A stretch of 64,000 nucleotides of DNA from a candidate division WOR-3 bacterium (lineage in GTDB: Bacteria; Hydrothermota; Hydrothermia; JBDRYB01). A program made the translations under genes and the position numbers. Shown piece after piece: positions 49,416-58,718 of the stretch; position 1 is the stretch's first letter, and each line of letters starts with the position of its first letter. The notes beneath the pieces were generated by a model. That model was given only the letters and a program-made list of their open reading frames with translations, did no database searches and had not been told where the DNA came from. The stretch lies in contig JBDRYB010000001.1 in NCBI GenBank assembly GCA_039803205.1, forward strand, positions 75,315-139,314, read 5' to 3'.

Positions 49416-51326
49416 ATGTTTGGACTCATAGCGGTTACCGCGGCACTGCCGACTGAGGTTCATGTGGCCATGGAGGCTATTGACTGGACGAGAAGGCCGG
49501 AAACCCAAGCCGTCCAGCCAGCTCAGAAATTGCCGGGATACGGATTGAATCCTGATCTGCTGAACGCCATTAACGGAGCCATGCCCAAACCCAATGGTCC
49601 CCCATACATAATAGGCGACACTCCCTACGAGACCCTGAGGGTGACCGGGACATGGGAATGGAACGGCGATGTTTTCATAGTCGGGAACGGCGTTCTCCTC
49701 GTCCAGGGTGGAACCCTGATACTCCACGGGAACATATACGCGATGGGCCAGGGAAAGTTCCTCATATACGATGGCACCGCGAGGTATCCCCAGAGCTTCA
49801 CATACCAGTGGGGAACACTCCTCTCCGAAGACGCGCTCATGGAGGCCAGGCGCTCAGTGCTTGATTACAACAACCTACCCTACAACCTCTCGGCCATGGA
49901 TAACGCCCGTGTGATCTGGGACACACTGACGATCAGAGGCTGGACGACCGCTGGCTGTTGGGGAAGGGCAACCGCGGGTCTCAGGAAGGTTAATGTGGCC
50001 GGAGAGTGGCTCTTCACGGACTCAGCCATTGCCACTTTCAAGGACATAGACACCATGCTCGCTTGGTTCTTCTACGGCCAGGGCGCGACCATTGACTTCA
50101 CCTTCCCGAGCTGGGACAACATAGATGTCTTTGAGATGAGGGACGGCATACCTGGTGTCTCAGGCATAAGATACCAGGTAAGGATAGACACAACCCGTTT
50201 TTGCATGTGGGGGACAATACTCATGCCGGGTTGCGATGTCACCTTCAGGGACTCACCAGTGCGCACGGTTGGGATAATGGGCCTCGGCGCGGATTCCCAG
50301 AACCTCTCCGGCCTCGTGAACGGAATGACTTACTCGGATTTCACATTGGGGATGACTGACAGGAGCTTCCGACTCCTCAACACCTCAGTGATGACATGGA
50401 GCCTGTATCCAGCAGAACAGTTCATCCTTACCTTTGACCACTGCATCGTCGGGGAGGTTTTATCCATGGGCCAAGCCCTCGCTTGGGGCCAGAGCTACTT
50501 TCTTGACGGGACAGGGGGCCACTTTGAGGCGAACGGTAATTCCTTCAACATAGCAGTAGCCTCCTCAATGACATGCGAGATATACACCCGCGAGAGCGGT
50601 ATAGGGCTTTTGGCTCTGGTTGGGATCCCGACTGCCTATGGCGGCATATGGGCCAGGAATACCTCAAGGCTCATCCTCGCGGAATGCCAGTTCCCGGGGA
50701 GGCCTGTGGCCTATGATTCCAGCCTAATATGGGTAATGGGAATAGATGAACCCTTTTACGCGCCGACCGAGAGCTATGTGCCGATCATCGGGGTAGCCAG
50801 CATTATAAAAGGCCCTCTCGCTCCAAAAGGGGGTTTCGATCACTACGACATGTATTGGGCCCCAGCTGAGGACACAACCACATGGTATCCCCTGGATAAT
50901 CCGCACGAGGAGCCTGTTTGGCGGGACACCCTCGCCATATGGGATACCCACGGCCTCGGTTTTGGCACATACTTGGTTAAACTGGTTCTCTGGGATGATA
51001 CCCCGGATTCCCTGGCCATAAACGATGTCGTAATCCTGAACTACGAGGACACGACAGGGACAGTGAAGGAGGGGCATGGGATTGGCAAAAGCGATCTCCT
51101 GGCCCTTTCCGGTCCAAAAGGAACAACGCTTGAGCTCAGTTTGGCCAAAGCTGGCCCGGTTGATCTCTGCCTCTACGATATAACGGGGAAGCGGGTCTCG
51201 TCCCTTTTCCGTGGGTTCCTTGAACCAGGACGCTACCCCTTTCCAGTTAAGGCGAAACCAGGAGTCTATTTCGCGAGGCTAGTCTCGGAAGGCATAACGA
51301 TAAACAGGAACCTACTGATCCGTTGA
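49416..51326 (+). CDS. Secreted beta-rich protein with T9SS-like C-terminal domain
   Basis: GGAG RBS; tail LYDITGKRV...LEPGRY...KPGVYFARL...LLIR. Confidence 0.8.
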   Translation: MFGLIAVTAALPTEVHVAMEAIDWTRRPETQAVQPAQKLPGYGLNPDLLNAINGAMPKPNGPPYIIGDTPYETLRVTGTWEWNGDVFIVGNGVLLVQGGTLILHGNIYAMGQGKFLIYDGTARYPQSFTYQWGTLLSEDALMEARRSVLDYNNLPYNLSAMDNARVIWDTLTIRGWTTAGCWGRATAGLRKVNVAGEWLFTDSAIATFKDIDTMLAWFFYGQGATIDFTFPSWDNIDVFEMRDGIPGVSGIRYQVRIDTTRFCMWGTILMPGCDVTFRDSPVRTVGIMGLGADSQNLSGLVNGMTYSDFTLGMTDRSFRLLNTSVMTWSLYPAEQFILTFDHCIVGEVLSMGQALAWGQSYFLDGTGGHFEANGNSFNIAVASSMTCEIYTRESGIGLLALVGIPTAYGGIWARNTSRLILAECQFPGRPVAYDSSLIWVMGIDEPFYAPTESYVPIIGVASIIKGPLAPKGGFDHYDMYWAPAEDTTTWYPLDNPHEEPVWRDTLAIWDTHGLGFGTYLVKLVLWDDTPDSLAINDVVILNYEDTTGTVKEGHGIGKSDLLALSGPKGTTLELSLAKAGPVDLCLYDITGKRVSSLFRGFLEPGRYPFPVKAKPGVYFARLVSEGITINRNLLIR

Positions 51327-52589
51327 ACCATCGGATTCCTCAAGGGGTGGAGGGCAGACATCCAAAGCGCTTATCGCGATCCTCCTGAACGCGATCTCCG
51401 GCGCAGAGGTCGTTGGGGAGCACGGCCTAGCCTCAAGAGAGGCATTCCGCTGAGCCGCTGATAGCGTGGCAATCCTCAGCGGGCAGTCAACAACGCAACC
51501 AGGATACCATCCATGAGGCCCAAGCCTCAGAACCAGGATGTCATCCCCTCCAATGCCAAAACCCGATGTGTAGCCCGCAAGCGTTATCCCACCATCATTT
51601 GTTTGCAGAATGCAGGATGCCGCGTCCCAGCCAGGGCTACCAAAGGTCTTTGCCCATATGAGCTCTCCTGAGTCCGAGAGCCCGAGAACGAGAAAGTTGT
51701 AGTGTCCAAAGCTTATGCAACCAGCCACCCCAAAACCTTCGTCCGGCAGTTCTACTATAGATGACGCCCAATCATAGCCACTGCCTCCGAATCTCTTGGC
51801 CCAGATCATCCTCCCTTTCTCGTTGAGCCTGAGAACGAGGGCATCGGGGTCGCCCCTTTTGCTCCTGACCCAACCGGACAAGAGGAATCCGTCCGGTATC
51901 GCCAAACCCGACTGAATGTAGCCCGAAGCCATATCCAGATACCTGGCCCAGATTATCTCCATGGAAGGGTCAAGGCACACGAGGAGAGGCCCAGGGCCGT
52001 ATCCGAGAAGGAGAAACCCCGCATCATGGGCCGCAACGAGGGATGTGATGCTCTCAGAACCGGGGCCGCCTATGGTCTTTGCCCAAACCACTTCGCCTTT
52101 GTGGTTGAGTCTGAGTAGGAGCATGTCAGAGCCTCCGGAACCGTAGCTGGTCGTGTATCCAGCAAGGAGAAGGTCCCCGTCGGGCATCTGAAGGAGCGAA
52201 TTGATGCAATCGTTTCCAGCGCCCCCAATAACCCTTGCCCAATCAAGTTCCCCATCCGGACCCAGCTTCATGATCAGGGCATCCGCGCCCCCTGAGCCAA
52301 AGCTCCTGGTGTATCCGGCAACCACGAAACCCCCATCAATAGTCCGGATAACCGAATTAGCGTATTCAGAACCAGGCCCCCCTGCGGCTGTGGCCCACTC
52401 TGGTTCCCCAGTAAAACCCATCTTCACAACGAGGACATCCGCGCCGCGCGAGCCAAAGCCCCTCGTGTATCCAGCAAGAACAAAGCCTCCGTCCGGACAG
52501 GATACCATGGAATACACCCAATCATCACCCTGGCCCCCGTAGACCCTCGCGAAAACGGGGAAGTTGACCTGGAGAAGCAGGGCTATCAA
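51312..52589 (-). CDS. Diverged beta-propeller paralog lacking the C-terminal secretion tail
   Basis: About seven DGGFVxAGYTxSFG..G.D repeats and a YPGCV linker; TTG start overlaps the upstream stop. Confidence 0.85.
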   Translation of the reverse strand: MIALLLQVNFPVFARVYGGQGDDWVYSMVSCPDGGFVLAGYTRGFGSRGADVLVVKMGFTGEPEWATAAGGPGSEYANSVIRTIDGGFVVAGYTRSFGSGGADALIMKLGPDGELDWARVIGGAGNDCINSLLQMPDGDLLLAGYTTSYGSGGSDMLLLRLNHKGEVVWAKTIGGPGSESITSLVAAHDAGFLLLGYGPGPLLVCLDPSMEIIWARYLDMASGYIQSGLAIPDGFLLSGWVRSKRGDPDALVLRLNEKGRMIWAKRFGGSGYDWASSIVELPDEGFGVAGCISFGHYNFLVLGLSDSGELIWAKTFGSPGWDAASCILQTNDGGITLAGYTSGFGIGGDDILVLRLGPHGWYPGCVVDCPLRIATLSAAQRNASLEARPCSPTTSAPEIAFRRIAISALDVCPPPLEESDGSTDQ

Positions 52590-54556
52590 CCGCTTATCTT
52601 CTTCTTCGCCTTCGCCAGGTTCGCCTTTGCCTTCGCGTGGTTGGGATCAAGCTCAAGAACCTTCTCCCAGTAGTAGATGGCGCCCTTGTAGTCCTCCCTA
52701 ACATAAGCGTCAACGCCCTTCAGGTATAGCTCCTCTACGGTCTTGGGGTCAGGCGCGACCTTTGCCTCGGACCTGCGCTTGGCGGCTATCTCAGCGAGGT
52801 AAGAGCTCGCATCCACGAGCGATGGGTCAAGGTTCAGAGCGGCCCGGAACTCTGCCTCGGCTCCTGATAGGTCCCCCTTCTTGTAAAGCGCCCTGCCGTT
52901 CGCTAGGTGCTCGGATGCGGCCTTGGCCGCAAGTTCTCTCGTCTCAACTAGGCCCTTGTTGGCGTCCGGATTACCCGGCTCATAATCAAACACCTTCTGA
53001 TACGCATCAATGGCCTTCGCGTAGTCGCCCTTCGCCCTCGCGGCCTCGGCCCTCCTTAGGTAGTCCGCGGCCTTGTCCTTCCTCGCTTTCTCAGACTTAG
53101 CGAGGTAATCCTTTGCCTCGGCGTTCTGGGGATCGATCTTCAGGACCTCCTTGAATCTTTCCTCAGCCTTGAAATAATCCCCTTTTGAGTAGAAGGAAAC
53201 CCCTTTCTTCATCAGCTCGGAGATCTCCTGGCCTTTCTCCTGTTTCTTGGAGTACTTTGCCTTTTGGACCTCAACGAGGGCTGAGAAAGAGGCCTCCTGC
53301 CATTTCTGAGCCAAGGAGTTCTCGGGGTCAATCTCAAGGCACCTCTCAAACTGCGTTATGGCATCCATGAAATTGCCCTGGTTGTATAGCTCAAGGCCCC
53401 TGTTGTAGTAGGATTCCGCGTCGTTCTTGCGCTTTTCTTCCTTTATTTTATCATACATGGCTTGGGCCTCAGAATACTCCGGGTCCCAAACAAGCGCCCT
53501 ATCCAGATTGGTGAGGGCCTCGGTGAGGTTGCCCTCAGAGTAATAGCTCATCGCGCTCGCGTAAAAGCTCTCAGCTGTTATCCGGATCTTTCTCTGATAT
53601 TCAAGGGCTATGCCCTCTTGAGCCCTTACACTCTTTTCCCTTGAGCGACCGAAGGAATAGGTAAGGGAGACCCTGTGGGTGTAACCCAGGGCGTCATAGC
53701 TCCTGAAGGCGTAATCAACATCAAAATCCTCAACCCTGACCCCAGCTCCGAACCAGAACGCGGAAAGCGTGCTGTAGCTCAGATCCTCTGGATAATCCCC
53801 TTCAAGCTCAGTTGAGAAGCCGGTTCTCAGGGAGAGTATATCAGCTATCGTGGCCTCAGCACCGAACCTGAACTCGTAATCCCTCGCGTATTCCGATGCG
53901 AAGAAAGGTTTCACGAAATCAGCAGAGAGGACGGAGAACTCAAAGGGCTTGAAACCGAGGCCCAGCCTCAATGTGGTCGGAAGGGGGGAAGATTCTTCAA
54001 TATAGGTAAGACCTCCGCCGAGATTCTGGAGGGATGCCCCGAGATTCACGAACTTCGTTGAGTATATGCCCCCCAGATCAACCGCAAAAGCGGTCGCATC
54101 ATCCCTGTCTATCCTGCTCATGAAGAACTTGCCCGAGGCGCCGAGAGACAGATCCTTCACCTTCTTGGAGTATGCGAGGCCAGCGTAAAAATCAAAGCAG
54201 GAGAACTCCCATTCGGGGAGATGAGATGGGCCTGTTCTACCCTCAAAACCACCAACATACAGCCCTCCACCGTAGAGGCCTATGGTCCCGAAACCGAACC
54301 TCTTAGCCAGGGCAAGGTTATCATACCTTATCCCCTGGAAATATTCAGTGTGCTGAGCAAAGGCCCCCAAGGAACGCCCAAATGAAAGCCCGGCCGGATT
54401 CCAGAAGACCGAGGAGGGCCCGACGCTTATCGCGCTAACCGCTCCCCCCATGCCTAGCTCCCGACCCCCTGCTCCCATCCTGAGAAACAGGCCCGCCTGA
54501 GCCCATGCTGATCCAGCAAGGGTTAAGATCAATAGAGTAGAGCTTTTCATCTTCAT
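52586..54556 (-). CDS. PorV/PorQ-like barrel fused to a TPR array
   Basis: GGRELGMGGA, FWNPAGL, LPTTLRLG, DYAF...LGYTHRVSLTYSFG, then about 8 TPRs. Confidence 0.85.
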   Translation of the reverse strand: MKMKSSTLLILTLAGSAWAQAGLFLRMGAGGRELGMGGAVSAISVGPSSVFWNPAGLSFGRSLGAFAQHTEYFQGIRYDNLALAKRFGFGTIGLYGGGLYVGGFEGRTGPSHLPEWEFSCFDFYAGLAYSKKVKDLSLGASGKFFMSRIDRDDATAFAVDLGGIYSTKFVNLGASLQNLGGGLTYIEESSPLPTTLRLGLGFKPFEFSVLSADFVKPFFASEYARDYEFRFGAEATIADILSLRTGFSTELEGDYPEDLSYSTLSAFWFGAGVRVEDFDVDYAFRSYDALGYTHRVSLTYSFGRSREKSVRAQEGIALEYQRKIRITAESFYASAMSYYSEGNLTEALTNLDRALVWDPEYSEAQAMYDKIKEEKRKNDAESYYNRGLELYNQGNFMDAITQFERCLEIDPENSLAQKWQEASFSALVEVQKAKYSKKQEKGQEISELMKKGVSFYSKGDYFKAEERFKEVLKIDPQNAEAKDYLAKSEKARKDKAADYLRRAEAARAKGDYAKAIDAYQKVFDYEPGNPDANKGLVETRELAAKAASEHLANGRALYKKGDLSGAEAEFRAALNLDPSLVDASSYLAEIAAKRRSEAKVAPDPKTVEELYLKGVDAYVREDYKGAIYYWEKVLELDPNHAKAKANLAKAKKKISG

Positions 54557-54560
54557 AACC

Positions 54561-57152
54561 TCACTTCCTTATGGCCAGCTTGCCCATCTTTTCCGCGCTT
54601 TGCGAGCCCCTCAGGGCCCTCGCTCGCAATCGCCATATGTATATCCCTGATGGTATCCTTGATATGTCCATCGGAATGGCCTTGCTCGTGCCTCCGGTTA
54701 TCCGCTCACCCGAGACCAGCCCAGCTGGCTTCCCCTCAAGGTCATAGAGAAGAACATCCACCTCTGCCTCTGTGTTCGTGAAAATACTGAAGTAGATGTA
54801 ATTGCCGTAATTGGATGTGGGCGCTGGATTGGGATAGACATAAACCGAATCGTCCGGCATGAACTCTCCGGGGCCAGGGCCTATTGTTATCTCCGCAAAG
54901 CCGGTTGCCTTGTTGCCGAACGGATCGGTGGCCACGGCTGAGATCGTTCCCTTACCCTCGTGGAGGCCCCCTGTCCAGAAGACCCCCTTGAAAAATCGGC
55001 CCGTGGTGTCAGAGGGCTCCAATGGGAAGGGAAAGGTATCTCCTCCCTCGGTAGTAAGGGTGCAGACAGGAACATCAAGTATCCGTTTGCTAATCTCAAC
55101 CTTTACCTTACAAGAGTCTCCCAGATGAAGATTGTAAGGCTCCGCACTAACCAACACGCTAAGCGGCTCCGTGCCCGGAATACTTCCCCAATAAAGACCC
55201 CTCCCAAGGGTCCCTGCTATTAGACGGCCCGTATCCACGAGCTCAGCGCACGAGACCCAGTATGGCAGAGAATCAATTTGCCAGGAGAACCCATCTATGG
55301 TTGATAGAAGAACGGGGACATTTTCATTCCTGGTTATGAGCAAGATTATGTCTCCCCACCGGTTCATATCCCCGTCCATCCATGAGGCCCCTGTTGTGTT
55401 CGCGATCACGCGCCAGGACGCTTGGACATCCGGTTGGCCAGCCCAGACCCTGTCGCCTTTATCAACAGCGTAAAGGTTTCCCCGATAAGGATCAAAGAAG
55501 AGGCCAACGATCTCTCTTCCGATAAGGGAATCAACCCGGTTCGTAAAATTCGGATACGCTCCCCAATACACCCCACCCTTGGTTCCCCAGAAGACCGTCC
55601 CCTCAGGAGCAACTTCAAGGCACCTTGCGCTATCCGGAAGGGTTATGTTCTCCCAGATTGTTCCTGCATTAGTGGAGACGCTGGCAAGGGTTTGGCCAGA
55701 GGTTCTGAACCTCACCGAAAAGAGGCGGTCGTGGTTGGTGGGATCAACCTCAAGGTATAGGGGGAAAGCGATGTATTGGGTGTCAATCCCGCCCATGCCA
55801 GTCCAAGTGTTCCCCGCGTCAGTTGAACGGAGGATGATGCCGCCCCCTGTGGAATCTATGTATAAAGCAACAGCGTAGACGACATCGGGGTGATTCGGGC
55901 AGGCCGCGGTTGCTATGCCAAACAGAAGCGGGTTCAGGCCTGTCCTCGTCCAGGTTCTTCCGGCGTCAAACGAACGATAAAGGTGTCCGGAGAGATCTAT
56001 GGAATAGATGCTGTCGTTGCCGCTCCATAGGGAATAGGGCCCTATTGATGTCCAGGCCAGAAGCCCGTTGTTGCTCTCGTGCCAATCTGAGAGGTAGTTA
56101 GACGCGAGGATGATCCCGACGCCTTCCGTTGAGGCTATCCCAACGCTCGTGGTGAAATCTATGTCGGTTATGCCCTCGGTATTATAAAGGAGAGAAGTAT
56201 CCACAACAGTATCAGGAGGCAAGGAGTCTATGTGAAACCAAGCGAGTAAAAGCCCGGGCACGAGGCCGTTCCTGCCCATTAGTGCGAAAACTGTGTCACC
56301 CTGGCATCCCAAAGCCAGCATCTCGCTCCAAGGGCCGGGGAGGATGCGAGTTGGAGGAAGTGGAACCCCACTAAAATAACGGTAGTAAATGCCCCTGTCG
56401 GTTACGAAGGAAAGGAAGCTCTCTGTGGCGGAGATCTTTACCACCTCTATGTCGTTGACATTTCCATTTTGGCCAACTGTCCAGAAATCACTCCAGGAAT
56501 TCCCGGAGTCAACGGAGAGCTTGACCAGGAGCTGCGGATAGCTATCCAGGCTTCCGGTCCCGCCTATGCCAACGAAAACCAAGTTCCCGTATGCAAAAAG
56601 CGATTTCGGGGCACCGCTATCCGGGAGCGTGAAACCGCCCATCATGTTCCAGGAGCTTATGGTTCCACGATAAACCCTGATGTTCCCGTTTCCATCGCCG
56701 AGAGCGAGCCAAAGAGCCCCACTGCCACTGGTATCAATAGCAAAAACAGCATCCTTCATGCCTGCGGGCACGCCCGGGATGGAATTGAAGGAGTTTCCGC
56801 CGTCAGTGGAATATAGTAGGCCCATGTCCGAGGAATAGAGGAAAAGAGTGTTCAGGGTGGGAGCGCACATGTCCTTCGGAAGCGGCAGGTCTATCCCCAG
56901 CTTGCGCCAGGTCACCCCTCCGTCCGTGCTCTTGAATATCTCGTAGCCGTTGGCCGCATATATGTTGTTCCGGTTGAACGGATCAACCTCCAGGTCGGTG
57001 ATGAAGCCCCCAACCACCTCTGGGATGGGTTGGAGGTCTATGAGGTTTGGGGATACCGACGGGAACCTGGCCGGAAGGGCACTCCAGAGTGGGTAAGGTT
57101 TCAACTCCGGAAGGGAAAAACTCAAACCCAAGATAAAGGCGATCATATTCAC
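54561..57152 (-). CDS. BNR/Asp-box (VPS10/Ycf48-like) propeller protein with Ig-like and T9SS-like C-terminal domain
   Basis: Repeated STDGGxTW Asp-boxes, GTLGRGLY; YVYPNP...LYDLEG...PSGIYIW...GKLAIRK. Confidence 0.85.
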   Translation of the reverse strand: MNMIAFILGLSFSLPELKPYPLWSALPARFPSVSPNLIDLQPIPEVVGGFITDLEVDPFNRNNIYAANGYEIFKSTDGGVTWRKLGIDLPLPKDMCAPTLNTLFLYSSDMGLLYSTDGGNSFNSIPGVPAGMKDAVFAIDTSGSGALWLALGDGNGNIRVYRGTISSWNMMGGFTLPDSGAPKSLFAYGNLVFVGIGGTGSLDSYPQLLVKLSVDSGNSWSDFWTVGQNGNVNDIEVVKISATESFLSFVTDRGIYYRYFSGVPLPPTRILPGPWSEMLALGCQGDTVFALMGRNGLVPGLLLAWFHIDSLPPDTVVDTSLLYNTEGITDIDFTTSVGIASTEGVGIILASNYLSDWHESNNGLLAWTSIGPYSLWSGNDSIYSIDLSGHLYRSFDAGRTWTRTGLNPLLFGIATAACPNHPDVVYAVALYIDSTGGGIILRSTDAGNTWTGMGGIDTQYIAFPLYLEVDPTNHDRLFSVRFRTSGQTLASVSTNAGTIWENITLPDSARCLEVAPEGTVFWGTKGGVYWGAYPNFTNRVDSLIGREIVGLFFDPYRGNLYAVDKGDRVWAGQPDVQASWRVIANTTGASWMDGDMNRWGDIILLITRNENVPVLLSTIDGFSWQIDSLPYWVSCAELVDTGRLIAGTLGRGLYWGSIPGTEPLSVLVSAEPYNLHLGDSCKVKVEISKRILDVPVCTLTTEGGDTFPFPLEPSDTTGRFFKGVFWTGGLHEGKGTISAVATDPFGNKATGFAEITIGPGPGEFMPDDSVYVYPNPAPTSNYGNYIYFSIFTNTEAEVDVLLYDLEGKPAGLVSGERITGGTSKAIPMDISRIPSGIYIWRLRARALRGSQSAEKMGKLAIRK

Positions 57153-57252
57153 TCCTAAAATTATAAACCCGTATGGCTCTTTCCGATCAAGTGTTAAACC
57201 CCCCAGAGGAGTTGCTGATCCCCCTCCGTGTTTTCCTTTATAATTTGAACCT

Positions 57253-57326
57253 GCCCCGCTAGCTCAACTTGGCAGAGCAGCGGATTCTTAATCCGCGGGT
57301 TCCAGGTTCAAGTCCTGGGCGGGGTA
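57253..57326 (+). tRNA. tRNA-Lys(CTT)
   Basis: GCCCCGC/GCGGGGT acceptor stem, GCGGA-TTCTTAA-TCCGC anticodon arm, TTCAAGT T-loop; TATAAT upstream; CCA not encoded. Confidence 0.93.
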
Positions 57327-57622
57327 TTCAGTTTGGGGAGCTGATGCTTTCGGAGGACTTATGAAATCCATAGCGTTATGCAACCCCCAAACCATAGAGC
57401 TGAAATCCCTCTTGTATAAGGCCCCTCTCCTTATTCCAGATCACCGTGGCTTGCACCATTTTCAGCCAGAATCAGGCTCTTTCCCTTCCTGAAGTTCAGC
57501 GCCCCAGCTCTCCCTGACATCCTGCTAATACCTCTTGGGCGATCGCGTTTTTGGAGCTATGCGGCAGGTTGCCGAAACCCGCTGGGATAGTATATAATTA
57601 TTGGGATTTGCGGAGGTTTCAG

Positions 57623-58639
57623 ATGAATAGAATATATCCTCGCTATTTCTTCCTCGGCCTCCTACTGTGTCTCGCGGTATCCTGTAGCCGGGAAGACTCC
57701 AATGTTGGTGAGGAGATAGGGGACATAGTCGCAACACTGCCCCTCAGGTTTGCGGACGATGTCGCTGTGGCAGGGGATTACGCTTTCGTGACCATGGATA
57801 GCTTAGGCGTTGCGGTTGTGGACATACACGACCCGAGATCCCCCGTTGTTCTGGATACCCTACAGACACATCACGAATCAAGGGAGCTCTTCGTTCACGG
57901 GCATAGGCTCTATGTAGCGGATTTCAGAGGCGGGATAACCGTCTTTGACATATCGGATCCCGGTTCCCCGACCGAACTCGCAAATTATCCGTCAGCAGGA
58001 GACCACACGAACGATATTTTCGTCACCGACAACCACATATTTGAGGCAGGCGGACAGGGGTCCAATGGGCTTCTGACCATAAGGGATCTCTCAGGCTCAA
58101 TCCTTGGAACATACACCAACACTGAAGGCGACGAGATATACCGGGGCTTCGCTTGCGTCTGGGTTGATGGTGATCGCGCTTACGCCGGGACCAACGGCGG
58201 TTGGCTCCACATAATTGATGTCAGCAACCCCTCTGTCCCCGTGAAGCTCGGAGAATACTACAATCCTGGCATAACTGGTTACGATGTCTGGGTTCTTGAT
58301 GTCCTCGTCTCTGGCACAAGGGCTTATCTAGCGGATTGGGGAGGGGGCTTCATCGTGCTTGATGTTTCGGATCCGGCGAACCCTCAGGAACTAGGGGTTT
58401 TCAAGGATGCGCCAGATGGCCCCGACTTCTACGATGTCGCTCTGGATGGAAGCGTGGCCTATACCGCGAACGGATGGGGTTGTCTAGCGGTAATAGATGT
58501 CTCGGATCCCACGAATATGAGCCTCATTCTGTCTGTGAATCCTAGGGGTTCATCCTACCACGGTATTGCCCTTTACGGGAGCTACGCGATAATAGCTGAT
58601 AACGGGGCCAAGCAGATGGCTGTAATAAGGGTGAAATAG
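57623..58639 (+). CDS. LVIVD-repeat lipoprotein
   Basis: Lipobox AVSC; repeated AYLAD..GFIVLDVSDPANP; GGAGG RBS. Confidence 0.9.
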   Translation: MNRIYPRYFFLGLLLCLAVSCSREDSNVGEEIGDIVATLPLRFADDVAVAGDYAFVTMDSLGVAVVDIHDPRSPVVLDTLQTHHESRELFVHGHRLYVADFRGGITVFDISDPGSPTELANYPSAGDHTNDIFVTDNHIFEAGGQGSNGLLTIRDLSGSILGTYTNTEGDEIYRGFACVWVDGDRAYAGTNGGWLHIIDVSNPSVPVKLGEYYNPGITGYDVWVLDVLVSGTRAYLADWGGGFIVLDVSDPANPQELGVFKDAPDGPDFYDVALDGSVAYTANGWGCLAVIDVSDPTNMSLILSVNPRGSSYHGIALYGSYAIIADNGAKQMAVIRVK

Positions 58640-58718
58640 CCCAGACTCGGAACCGAAAAAGGCCTTTCTGCCCTCTTGATTTCAATGGGATGAGGTTTGG
58701 GTTTATAATTTCTGCGCC

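Noticed and set aside
49341..49727. N-terminal extensions of the HAD ORF (to 49727) and of the 49260 ORF
   Set aside because: They overlap each other head to head; divergent TATAAT boxes and an RBS indicate starts at 49340/49334 and 49416.
57361..57492. 43-aa small ORF with GGAGG after tRNA-Lys
   Set aside because: RBS spacing is only 4 nt and the peptide has no recognisable features.
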